This document shows positions 7,703-15,140 of a stretch of 15,906 nt of DNA, piece after piece; the first letter of the stretch is position 1, and every line of letters begins with the position of its first letter. The stretch spans positions 1-15,906 of the forward strand of contig JBJMMA010000008.1 of the NCBI GenBank assembly GCA_045805065.1, in the 5' to 3' direction. Made by a program: the position numbers and the translations under genes. Origin of the DNA: Bdellovibrionia bacterium. GTDB lineage: Bacteria; Bdellovibrionota; UBA1018. A model generated the notes under the pieces. That model was not told the origin of the DNA. It saw nothing but the letters and a program-made list of their open reading frames with translations, and searched no databases.

Positions 7703-8883
7703 CGGTCAGCCTCCGCAATGCTCAGATCGAGGCTTGCAAGTAGAACAGGAAGGTCTTCGATTCTGATTCCAACCAGAACTTCCGGAAGCGCCATCAGAGC
7801 CGCAGTCGTTGGCGTATGAAATTGGATGCGAGAAGGCTTTGGTCCGCCCTCCGAGATCACATGACAAGAAATCATTCCGCGTGAGCTCTCAACGCGCGTG
7901 TAAGCTTCGCCGGATGGTACTTTGATCCGATAGTCTTCAGCGCCTGCCTCGGGGAGAATCTGGCGGTTCAAGAACGCGCCTGACGGAATTGTCTCAGCAA
8001 CATGCTTGAGGATCTCAAGACTTTCCGTCATCTCAAGAAGCTTGAGGAGGAAGCGGTCGTGAGAATCACCTAAGACGCCGTCTGTTCCGCGTCCGACTGG
8101 AACGCGGAAATCGAGGCTTTTATAGCTGAGATAAGGATGCGCCTTGCGAACATCAAAGGTGACGCCTGCAGCACGCGCATTGGAGCCTGTAATTCCAAAG
8201 CGGTTCACAAGCTCAGCGGAGAGAATGCCCATCTTGGCCGTGCGCTTGAGGAACGTATTATTGAAAGTCAGAAGATCATTATATTCCTTGATCCGGATTC
8301 GAATCAGATCGCAGACCTCAAGGACTCGTTCGATAAATCCTTCGGTCACGTCCGCGCTCACGCCGCCAAATCTCAAAAAGTTAATCGAGAATCTTGCGCC
8401 GGTCAGAAGCTCAAAGAGGTCGAGAATGCGCTCTCGATCGCGCAACACGTAGTGAACAAGCGTTTCAGCGCCCACGGCCTTTGAAACATTGACCAGATAA
8501 AGCATGTGCGCGGAGAGGCGCGTCAGCTCTGACAAAATCACACGAATGCTGACCGCACGCGCAGGAACATCAATTCCAGCGATCTCCTCAACGGCCAGAC
8601 AAAGCGCAAGCTCGCCGTAAATGGCGGCCTCTGGATCCAGGTGATCCGAGTAAGCAATCGATGCGTTCCAGTCGTGCTTTTCAATGGCCTTCTCAAGTCC
8701 TTTGTGGAGAAAGCCCGTTTCCACGCTGCCCGAAACGATGATCTCGCCATCCAAAACAAGGCGCAGCTTCATGGGCGCAGGAAGCGATGAGTGATAAGGG
8801 CCAATCTCCCAGCCGATGAGGTCCGTGCGAAGGCACTCAGAGCGTGAACGATGACTTTCGTTTTTTGGCGTCGGGTGCATCAT
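7699..8883 (-). CDS. nuoD: NuoD-like (49 kDa family) subunit lacking the quinone-binding residues (394 aa)
   Basis: 'LDGE', 'G.LH.GLEK', 'LAVE...GI.VP.RA', 'EL.R...H', 'GEAY.RVE..RG' and C-terminal 'D....E.DR'. No NiFe CxxC motifs. Confidence 0.95.
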   Translation of the reverse strand: MMHPTPKNESHRSRSECLRTDLIGWEIGPYHSSLPAPMKLRLVLDGEIIVSGSVETGFLHKGLEKAIEKHDWNASIAYSDHLDPEAAIYGELALCLAVEEIAGIDVPARAVSIRVILSELTRLSAHMLYLVNVSKAVGAETLVHYVLRDRERILDLFELLTGARFSINFLRFGGVSADVTEGFIERVLEVCDLIRIRIKEYNDLLTFNNTFLKRTAKMGILSAELVNRFGITGSNARAAGVTFDVRKAHPYLSYKSLDFRVPVGRGTDGVLGDSHDRFLLKLLEMTESLEILKHVAETIPSGAFLNRQILPEAGAEDYRIKVPSGEAYTRVESSRGMISCHVISEGGPKPSRIQFHTPTTAALMALPEVLVGIRIEDLPVLLASLDLSIAEADR

Positions 8884-9362
8884 TTCGCACTAGCTCCAAC
8901 GGAATAGGATTTGCGCATCGGAAACTCAGAGTCATCCGCTAAGAGCGTTCGGCACGTCTCAATCGTCTCTCCGGATGCATTTTTGAACCGGATTCCAAAA
9001 AGCTGAGCAGCCTCGTTTTCCAACGGTGCAGCCATTGGCCAGACGTCGCAAACAGAGGCGAGCTCTACGGCCTCTTTTTCTGACGTAATGATAACAGAGC
9101 TTCGCATCACGAGCTGCGCCTGGGTTTCACGCGAGCGCAAAAACCAGGAGACAACCAGTGAGTCGCCCACTTCCGCTACGGAAAGATTTTCAAGCCATTG
9201 AAGCTTGAGAGTCGGCTCTTCACTCACGGCCTTTGCAAACGCGTGAACCGCTGTGGATTCGATCCAGACCGAAAGAAGATCCGATCGTCCAAAGCGGCCG
9301 GACTCAAGGACTTTGCCCGGAGCAGCCTTTTCAAGTTTTGAGAGTATCGCGTTCGCTTCCAC
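8880..9362 (-). CDS. nuoC: NuoC-like (30 kDa family) subunit, divergent (about 160 aa; probable GTG start at 9362)
   Basis: 'S...VWP.A...E.E....FGIRF' and 'FPMRK.Y' match the NuoC C-terminal signature. AGGAG precedes GTG at 9362. Lies between nuoB and nuoD. Confidence 0.88.
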   Translation of the reverse strand: MEANAILSKLEKAAPGKVLESGRFGRSDLLSVWIESTAVHAFAKAVSEEPTLKLQWLENLSVAEVGDSLVVSWFLRSRETQAQLVMRSSVIITSEKEAVELASVCDVWPMAAPLENEAAQLFGIRFKNASGETIETCRTLLADDSEFPMRKSYSVGASAK

Positions 9363-9801
9363 GGATCTTCTCCTGAAGGGCAATCAGGCCGTTCATGATG
9401 GCTTCAGGGCGTGGGGGGCAGCCTGGAACGTAAACATCCACAGGGACCACTTCGTGCGCGCCTGAAAGGGTTGAGTAGGAATAGTCGGGTCCGAAAAGTC
9501 CGCCGCAGTTTGCGCACGATCCGACCGCAAGAACGTATTTAGGCGAGAGCATGGAATCATAGAGCTCGCGCAGATGAGGCGCGGCCTTTTTGGAAACCAT
9601 TCCGCTGATGATTAACAAATCCGCTTGTCTTGCATCGACCTGAGGAAGGCATCCAAAGCGCTCCATGTCGTAGCGCGCCCCCATCGTGTTGAGAACTTCA
9701 TCCGCGCAGCAGCCACTGCCGGTTGAGATGTACCAAAGCGATTGGGAGCGAGCCCATTTCAATGCTTTGCCAAGAGTAGAGGTGTAAAAAGAACCAGCCA
9801 T
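9331..9801 (-). CDS. nuoB: NuoB-like (20 kDa family) N2-cluster subunit (156 aa)
   Basis: 'WAR..SLW', tandem CC, 'RYD.ERFG', 'RQADL', 'GSCA..GG' and 'VPVDVYVPGCPPRPEA'. Confidence 0.97.
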   Translation of the reverse strand: MAGSFYTSTLGKALKWARSQSLWYISTGSGCCADEVLNTMGARYDMERFGCLPQVDARQADLLIISGMVSKKAAPHLRELYDSMLSPKYVLAVGSCANCGGLFGPDYSYSTLSGAHEVVPVDVYVPGCPPRPEAIMNGLIALQEKIRGSERDTLKT

Positions 9802-9804
9802 CGC

Positions 9805-10215
9805 TTACCCATTCCCCTTAGTTTTCTGAAATGACTGCACCCAACTCAGATCACCTTTACGGGAGGAGTACAAAAGTCCAAGTCCGCAGAAAGTCGCGAG
9901 CGATACGATCGCAATCAGGCATCGAAGAAATGTTCCCCGATCCGTGGCTTGCTGAAGCATCCCTGTGCATGGAATCAAAATAAGCGCGATTGCCATCAGG
10001 ATCAGGGCCGCGTTAACGCCCAGGAAAAATCGCGCATTGATCTTTCTTCTCAAGAGCTCCGCGGTGACGGCGTTTTGTACGGGCTTCTTTTGGGCTGAGG
10101 CTTTGCCGCGCTCCGCTGAGACCAAATAGGAGAAAAGGCCAAGCAAGGCAGGAACGCCGAGTGCAAGCAGCGCAGAAAGGAACACAACGTAGTAAACATC
10201 CCAGCTGCTTGGCAT
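9805..10215 (-). CDS. nuoA: NuoA-like subunit, divergent (136 aa)
   Basis: Three TM helices, 'RFFL' at the start of TM2 and C-terminal 'Y..RKGDLSW'. First gene, directly before nuoB. Lacks the ECG and FD.E motifs. Confidence 0.85.
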   Translation of the reverse strand: MPSSWDVYYVVFLSALLALGVPALLGLFSYLVSAERGKASAQKKPVQNAVTAELLRRKINARFFLGVNAALILMAIALILIPCTGMLQQATDRGTFLRCLIAIVSLATFCGLGLLYSSRKGDLSWVQSFQKTKGNG

Positions 10216-10244
10216 GACTCAATGAACGCCGCAGCGTTCCTCCT
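10216..10244 (-). promoter_or_regulatory. Ribosome-binding region of the first nuoA: AGGAGG separated from the ATG by a hairpin
   Basis: Minus strand reads AGGAG-GAACGC-TGCG-GCGTTC-ATTGAGTC-ATG. SD at 10244-10239, 6-bp stem spanning 10239-10224, then 8 nt to the ATG. Confidence 0.55.
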
Positions 10245-10317
10245 ATGATGGTTTCAGGGAAGGATAAATTTTAATCTGTTTTTTTATGAATTATTAAGGT
10301 TTTGAAGCCTCGCGAAA

Positions 10318-10346
10318 AGGTTACTGAAGTAGAATAGGGGTGTCAA
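10318..10346 (-). promoter_or_regulatory. Putative sigma70 promoter for the nuo-like operon
   Basis: Minus strand TTGACA (10346-10341), 17-nt spacer, TAACCT (10323-10318), in an AT-rich divergent intergenic region. Confidence 0.7.
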
Positions 10347-10369
10347 GTTTCGTGGATACTGATTATTGT

Positions 10370-10400
10370 TTAAGTCGAGGCGGCCTCGCCGCTACGCTTA
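10370..10400 (+). repeat. REP-like intergenic repeat, copy 1
   Basis: TTAAGTCGAGGCGGCCTCGCCGCTACGCTTA. 30/31 identical to the reverse complement of 15140-15170; internal GCGGC-N3-GCCGC palindrome. Confidence 0.85.
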
Positions 10401-10428
10401 TGTTGAGACACATCGCCAGACATATCAA

Positions 10429-13400
10429 ATGACATCTAGCGGGAGCTCCATCATCTGCCGCTCGCTCGACGAGCTTAACTCTCGACATGCAGACTCATCG
10501 AGTCACGAGCCAGTGCGCGTTCATGGAGCAACGCCATCCGCACAAGCACTTCTTGTTCTTCGTGTCATTGAAGCACGTCTTGCCCAGAGCCGACTTGATC
10601 CTATTGTCATTCTTTGTGCGGATGATGACGTTGCAAGTGAGTTTGCCGGGGATGTTGAATCTCTTGCGGCAGCGCTGGATTTACCATCGCCTTGCATCCT
10701 CCAATTTCCAACTTGGGAGCAATCTCCGTATAGCCCGATTGCTCCTTCGATCCGAACACGTTTAGCCAGAGTCGCTGCGTTAAGCACTCTAGCGAGCGGC
10801 GCTGGCGGCCGCGTTCCGGTTCTGTTCACCACGATCGCTGCCCTGAGCCAAGCTACTCTTCCACATGAAGAGTTTATTCGTTATTCGCTGAAATTGGAGA
10901 CAGGTCAAAGCGTTGAGTCCCGTGAAAGACTCATTCAGCGTCTTCTTGAGGCGGGATACCTTCGTGTTGATCCCGTCGAGGATCCGGGAAACTTTGCGGT
11001 CCGAGGCGATATCATCGATGTCTATCCGCCCGATCGGGATCAGCCTTTAAGAATTGAGCTTTTCGGGGACGAGATTGAGAGGATCCGCGAGTTTGATCCA
11101 GCCACGCAAAGAACGGCGTCGCCTGAGGTACCCGATCTTCAAGTAGTCACCGTTCCTCCTGCACGCGAGGTTCTGATCAATTCCGTCACGACATCTCGCG
11201 TGCGTGAGAAAGTCAAAGCTCGCGCCGATGACCGCGGGGTTCCAAGACCCGTTCGTGATCCGGTGATGGCCTCCATTCATAGCGGAAACTATCCGGATCA
11301 TAGCGACGCCTGGGCCCCCTTAGCCTACGAGAACCCGGCCACGCTGCTCGATTATCTCAATGATGGTGCAACAACGTTTTGGGTCGATGAGCTCAGCATT
11401 CTTCAAAGATGGGATGAGCATCTGGATGAGCAAAAGCGCCTCTCCAGCGAGTCCGACCACCCTGAGCTGATTTTGCCTGCGGTAGAGGAACTCTATCAAT
11501 GGAGTCCTTCGGCCGAAAAGAAGGTTCGCAGCCAGAGCATCCTTTATCTGGATCGCGTTCAGCTGGCAGATCTTGAGTCTCTTCCTCAAGGAGATGAAGA
11601 CAAAGAAGCCGCAGCACTCACAGGTCCCAAAGAGCCTGAAGTCTCATCGCGCCACACCGTTTTTGTTCGTGGCAATCAGGATCTTGCCAGGGGAACCAAG
11701 CACTCGTTAGGTGAGCTTGAGGCAAAGTTTAAGCTTTGGGTGAAGCAAGGGTTTAAGATCATCACTCTAGCCTCAACGCAAAGCCAGCTTGAGCGCATCC
11801 GCTATCTTTTGGAAGAGCATCAGATCACAACTCATGCCGAGGCTGCACCAGGGCGCGTGGCTCTTAAGATCGGAAGCTTGTCTGCCGGGTTTCGTTGGCC
11901 CGCCGAAGGTCTTGTCATCCTGGTTGAAGACGAGATCCTGGGAGCAAAACATAAAAAGAAGCAGCGCCGGGCAAGCACCGCACAAAGCGGATCGGCCGCA
12001 AAGGACTGGTCGGGTCTTCAGGCACTTTCTGATCTTGCAGTAGGTGATGCCATTGTTCACCTGGACCATGGCATTGGAAAGTATCAGGGGCTTGTGCGCT
12101 TGAGCCTCTCGGGCGCACCGAGTGACTTCCTTCAACTCGAGTACGCCAACAAAGATAAGCTTTATCTTCCTGTTTATCGCCTGAACGTCATTCAAAAGTA
12201 CTCGGGCGGGGCAGACGCCGTCAGTTTGGATCGACTGGGAAGTCAGACCTTTGCCCGGACAAAAGAGAAGGTTCGCGATGCCGTTCGGAAAATCGCAATC
12301 GATCTCGTCAAACTTTACGCCGAAAGAAAAATCAGGCCGGGACACGTCTTTTCGGGTCGCGACTCGCTTTTTCAGGAATTTGAAGCGCGCTTTCCGTTTG
12401 ATGAGACCCCGGATCAGCTCAAGGCCATTGATCAGGTTCTGGATGACATGCAATCCGGTCGCGTGATGGATCGCCTGATCTGCGGTGATGTGGGCTATGG
12501 AAAGACTGAAGTCGCCATTCGCGCAGCCTTCCGAGCCGTTTCAGATGGAAAACAAGTTGTCGTCCTGGTTCCCACCACGGTTTTGGCTTTTCAACATGAG
12601 CAGAACTTCAAAGCTCGGATGAAAGATTATCCAATCAATATTGAATCCGTCTCGCGCTTCAAAACAGCGAAAGAACAAAAGACCATTCTTGAGGGCGTCG
12701 CCAAAGGCAAGATCGACATCATCATCGGCACCCACAGGCTTTTGTCCAAGGACGTCTCCTTTAATGATCTGGGACTCGTGATCGTGGACGAGGAGCATCG
12801 CTTTGGCGTGGAACATAAAGAGCGCCTCAAAACCCTTAGAACCAATATCCATGTCGTCACATTGACGGCGACTCCAATTCCACGCACGCTTCACATGGCG
12901 CTCTCTGGACTTCGTGACATCAGCCTGATTAATACGCCTCCTGTGGACCGTCTCCCGATTCGCACCTATGTCTCAAAACTTGATGATGCCTTGGTTCAAA
13001 AGGCGATCAACTATGAGCTCAATCGTGGCGGCCAGGTCTTTGTTCTTCATAACCGGGTTCAATCCATTCATGAGCTGGCAAAGCGAATCAAAGAGCTCGT
13101 GCCTACGGCAAATATTGGAGTGGGTCATGGTCAGATGGGCGAGGGCGAGCTTGAAAAGACCATGCTCGATTTCTACCAGAAGCGGACCAATGTTCTGGTC
13201 AGTACAACCATCATTGAATCCGGCCTCGACGTCCCATCGGCCAATACCATCATTATCAATCGCGCCGACTCCCTGGGGCTTGCTCAGCTTTATCAGATTC
13301 GCGGACGAGTCGGGCGCGGACAGCAGCGCGCTTATGCTTACCTTCTGATCCCTGCCGAGGGGGCAGTGACTGAGGATGCAAAACGACGTCTTGAGGTCAT

Positions 13401-14061
13401 TCAGCGCTTCGTTGAGCTTGGAAGTGGCTTTAGCATTGCCTCCCATGACTTGGAGATTCGCGGAGGGGGAGACCTTCTGGGTCCGCAGCAATCCGGGCAT
13501 ATTGCTGCCGTGGGCTTTGACCTTTATACAGAGATTCTTGAAGAAGCCATTCAAGAGATTGAGGGTTCCCCACAAACAGCGCAGACTCAGACCCGTCGCG
13601 AGCCTGAGATCAAACTGCCATTTGCTGCCTTCTTGGGAGAGGAATACGTTCCTGACATCCATCAGCGCCTCTCCTTATATAGGCGGTTTTCTGCAACGAC
13701 TCAGGAAGGTGAGCTCGATGCCCTGGAAGAGGAACTCAGGGATCGGTTTGGCCCGCTTCCACCGGAGGCTCAAAACCTGCTTTGGATGATCCGACTCAAA
13801 CAGCTTCTGGTTCGTAGCGGTATTGATAGCCTAACCGCTGGGCCTGAAAAAGTATCGATGATCATCGGCTCGGGCAGCGCCGTTGATCCGGTAAAAGCAA
13901 TCTCGGTTGTGGCTGGCGATCGCACGCGCTATCAGCTCACGCCGGACCCGTCCGGGCCAGGACATACCAAGCTTGTTGCCAAGGTCCCAACAGGCACACT
14001 GCGGGACCTCTATTTTGCCATCGAGTCGCTTTTGAAAAAACTGACCGGCATGGCCGCCTGA
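10429..14061 (+). CDS. mfd: Transcription-repair coupling factor Mfd (start uncertain; ATG 10429 preferred over TTG 10366)
   Basis: UvrB-like N-terminal region ('FAVRGDIIDVYP'), RID ('VHLDHGIGKY', 'DKLYLPV'), SF2 motifs GDVGYGKT, DEEH, TATPIPRT and QIRGRVGR, the TRG 'DLEIRGGG' motif and a TRCF C-terminal domain. Confidence 0.98.
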   Translation: MTSSGSSIICRSLDELNSRHADSSSHEPVRVHGATPSAQALLVLRVIEARLAQSRLDPIVILCADDDVASEFAGDVESLAAALDLPSPCILQFPTWEQSPYSPIAPSIRTRLARVAALSTLASGAGGRVPVLFTTIAALSQATLPHEEFIRYSLKLETGQSVESRERLIQRLLEAGYLRVDPVEDPGNFAVRGDIIDVYPPDRDQPLRIELFGDEIERIREFDPATQRTASPEVPDLQVVTVPPAREVLINSVTTSRVREKVKARADDRGVPRPVRDPVMASIHSGNYPDHSDAWAPLAYENPATLLDYLNDGATTFWVDELSILQRWDEHLDEQKRLSSESDHPELILPAVEELYQWSPSAEKKVRSQSILYLDRVQLADLESLPQGDEDKEAAALTGPKEPEVSSRHTVFVRGNQDLARGTKHSLGELEAKFKLWVKQGFKIITLASTQSQLERIRYLLEEHQITTHAEAAPGRVALKIGSLSAGFRWPAEGLVILVEDEILGAKHKKKQRRASTAQSGSAAKDWSGLQALSDLAVGDAIVHLDHGIGKYQGLVRLSLSGAPSDFLQLEYANKDKLYLPVYRLNVIQKYSGGADAVSLDRLGSQTFARTKEKVRDAVRKIAIDLVKLYAERKIRPGHVFSGRDSLFQEFEARFPFDETPDQLKAIDQVLDDMQSGRVMDRLICGDVGYGKTEVAIRAAFRAVSDGKQVVVLVPTTVLAFQHEQNFKARMKDYPINIESVSRFKTAKEQKTILEGVAKGKIDIIIGTHRLLSKDVSFNDLGLVIVDEEHRFGVEHKERLKTLRTNIHVVTLTATPIPRTLHMALSGLRDISLINTPPVDRLPIRTYVSKLDDALVQKAINYELNRGGQVFVLHNRVQSIHELAKRIKELVPTANIGVGHGQMGEGELEKTMLDFYQKRTNVLVSTTIIESGLDVPSANTIIINRADSLGLAQLYQIRGRVGRGQQRAYAYLLIPAEGAVTEDAKRRLEVIQRFVELGSGFSIASHDLEIRGGGDLLGPQQSGHIAAVGFDLYTEILEEAIQEIEGSPQTAQTQTRREPEIKLPFAAFLGEEYVPDIHQRLSLYRRFSATTQEGELDALEEELRDRFGPLPPEAQNLLWMIRLKQLLVRSGIDSLTAGPEKVSMIIGSGSAVDPVKAISVVAGDRTRYQLTPDPSGPGHTKLVAKVPTGTLRDLYFAIESLLKKLTGMAA

Positions 14062-14064
14062 TTT

Positions 14065-14088
14065 GTCGAGGCGGCCATGCCGCTACGC
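14065..14088 (+). repeat. REP-like intergenic repeat, copy 2
   Basis: GTCGAGGCGGCCATGCCGCTACGC. 22/24 identical to the core of copy 1, with both differences in the hairpin loop. Starts 3 nt after the mfd stop. Confidence 0.82.
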
Positions 14089-14112
14089 CTATACCTATGA
14101 TGCTCAACTGGG

Positions 14113-14140
14113 CAAAATCGGTCGCGGCGGCGACCTTTTG
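14113..14140 (+). terminator. Possible intrinsic terminator after mfd
   Basis: GGTCGC-GGCG-GCGACC hairpin followed by TTTTG and preceded by CAAAA. The U-tract is short. Confidence 0.5.
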
Positions 14141-14184
14141 ACTGTCACAGACTCAAGGTCACTTTGCGCGAGTGCTGGTTGCAT

Positions 14185-14212
14185 TTGCCAAGTTTAAAAA
14201 AGCTGCTACGCT
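14185..14212 (+). promoter_or_regulatory. Putative sigma70 promoter for the PPIase gene
   Basis: TTGCCA-N16-TACGCT with an extended -10 TG, followed by GAGG and the ATG at 14237. Confidence 0.5.
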
Positions 14213-14236
14213 TTAAGGATACGTGAGGAAAAGTTT

Positions 14237-15070
14237 ATGAAACGCGCACAATGCTATGTGACTCTTTTTGGCTTGTTGGGGGGCTTGATCGCCGCCGGCA
14301 CCTCTGTTGCCGCCACCGAAGTCGCTAAAGTCAACGGCAAGTCTATTACACTTGAAGAACTCAATAAGAAATATCAACAGAGCCTTCAATTCTACCAGCC
14401 AAAGACGCCGACCAAAAAAGGCCTCTTGGATGACTTAGTCAAGCGCGAGCTTGGAATTCAGGAAGCCAAGAAGCTTGGTCTTGATAAGGACCCGGAAGTC
14501 ATTGAAGCGATGAACACCGTTCTGTTCAATGCTCTGGTTACCAAGAAGCTCTCCAAAGAATTCGAAGAGATCAACGTCTCTGATTCTGATGCGAAGGATT
14601 ACTATTCAAAGAATCCTGAGATCCGTACCAGCCACATCTTCGTAGCCGCTCCATTCAACAGCACGCCTGACGAAGACAAAAAGGCACGGGCACGCATCCA
14701 AAAGATTTACGACGAGCATATTCGTAACGGAAAAGAGAACTTTGCCGAAGTGGCTCAGCGCTTTTCCGAAGGCGCCGCAGCCCCCATGGGTGGCGACGTC
14801 GATTACAAGATGCGCGGCATGATTGATCCTGCTTACTACGATGCCGCACTTGCTCTGCGCTCCCCAGGTCGGGTCAGCGGACTTGTTCGCTCCCAAGCCG
14901 GATATCATATCATCAAGCTCACGGCCGTGAAGAGCTGGGATGACGTGGATCACGCAGCCGTAAAGCGTCTGGTGATCGAAGAGCGCCAACGCCATGCTTT
15001 CGACAAGTTGATGAATCAGCTCCGCTCGAACGCAAAGGTGATGGTCCATAACGAGCTCGTTAAAGAATAA
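14237..15070 (+). CDS. Secreted PpiC/parvulin-type peptidyl-prolyl cis-trans isomerase (PrsA/SurA-like foldase, 277 aa)
   Basis: Signal peptide ('...SVA-A'), 'VAKVNGKSIT', 'EAKKLGLDKDP', and rotamase motifs 'SHIFV', 'FAEVAQRFSE', 'GGDV' and 'GYHIIKL'. Confidence 0.93.
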   Translation: MKRAQCYVTLFGLLGGLIAAGTSVAATEVAKVNGKSITLEELNKKYQQSLQFYQPKTPTKKGLLDDLVKRELGIQEAKKLGLDKDPEVIEAMNTVLFNALVTKKLSKEFEEINVSDSDAKDYYSKNPEIRTSHIFVAAPFNSTPDEDKKARARIQKIYDEHIRNGKENFAEVAQRFSEGAAAPMGGDVDYKMRGMIDPAYYDAALALRSPGRVSGLVRSQAGYHIIKLTAVKSWDDVDHAAVKRLVIEERQRHAFDKLMNQLRSNAKVMVHNELVKE

Positions 15071-15098
15071 CTGACTCTAACCAGTCGGATTCCTGTTT

Positions 15099-15140
15099 AA
15101 GGCGCGTGGTGATTTTTCACCCCGCGCCTTTTGTTTTTTT
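15099..15140 (+). terminator. Intrinsic terminator after the PPIase gene
   Basis: AAGGCGCG-T-GGTGA-TTTT-TCACC-C-CGCGCCTT stem-loop followed by TTGTTTTTTT. Confidence 0.8.

Noticed and set aside
7699..8883. Group 4 [NiFe]-hydrogenase large subunit (Ech/Hyc/Mbh type) as an explanation for the odd NuoD
   Set aside because: There is no N-terminal RxCxxC or C-terminal DPCxxC. The C-terminus is the NuoD-type D....E.DR, NuoB has the complex I tandem CC, and nuoA/nuoJ are present.
182..10215. Pseudogenised duplicate operon
   Set aside because: There are no internal stops or frameshifts in 11 genes, lengths are full, start/stop coupling and RBSs are preserved, and the Cys ligands are selectively kept.
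10366..10428. TTG start at 10366 extending Mfd by 21 aa
   Set aside because: The extension runs through the REP-like repeat and has no SD. The ATG at 10429 is more plausible, though also unproven.
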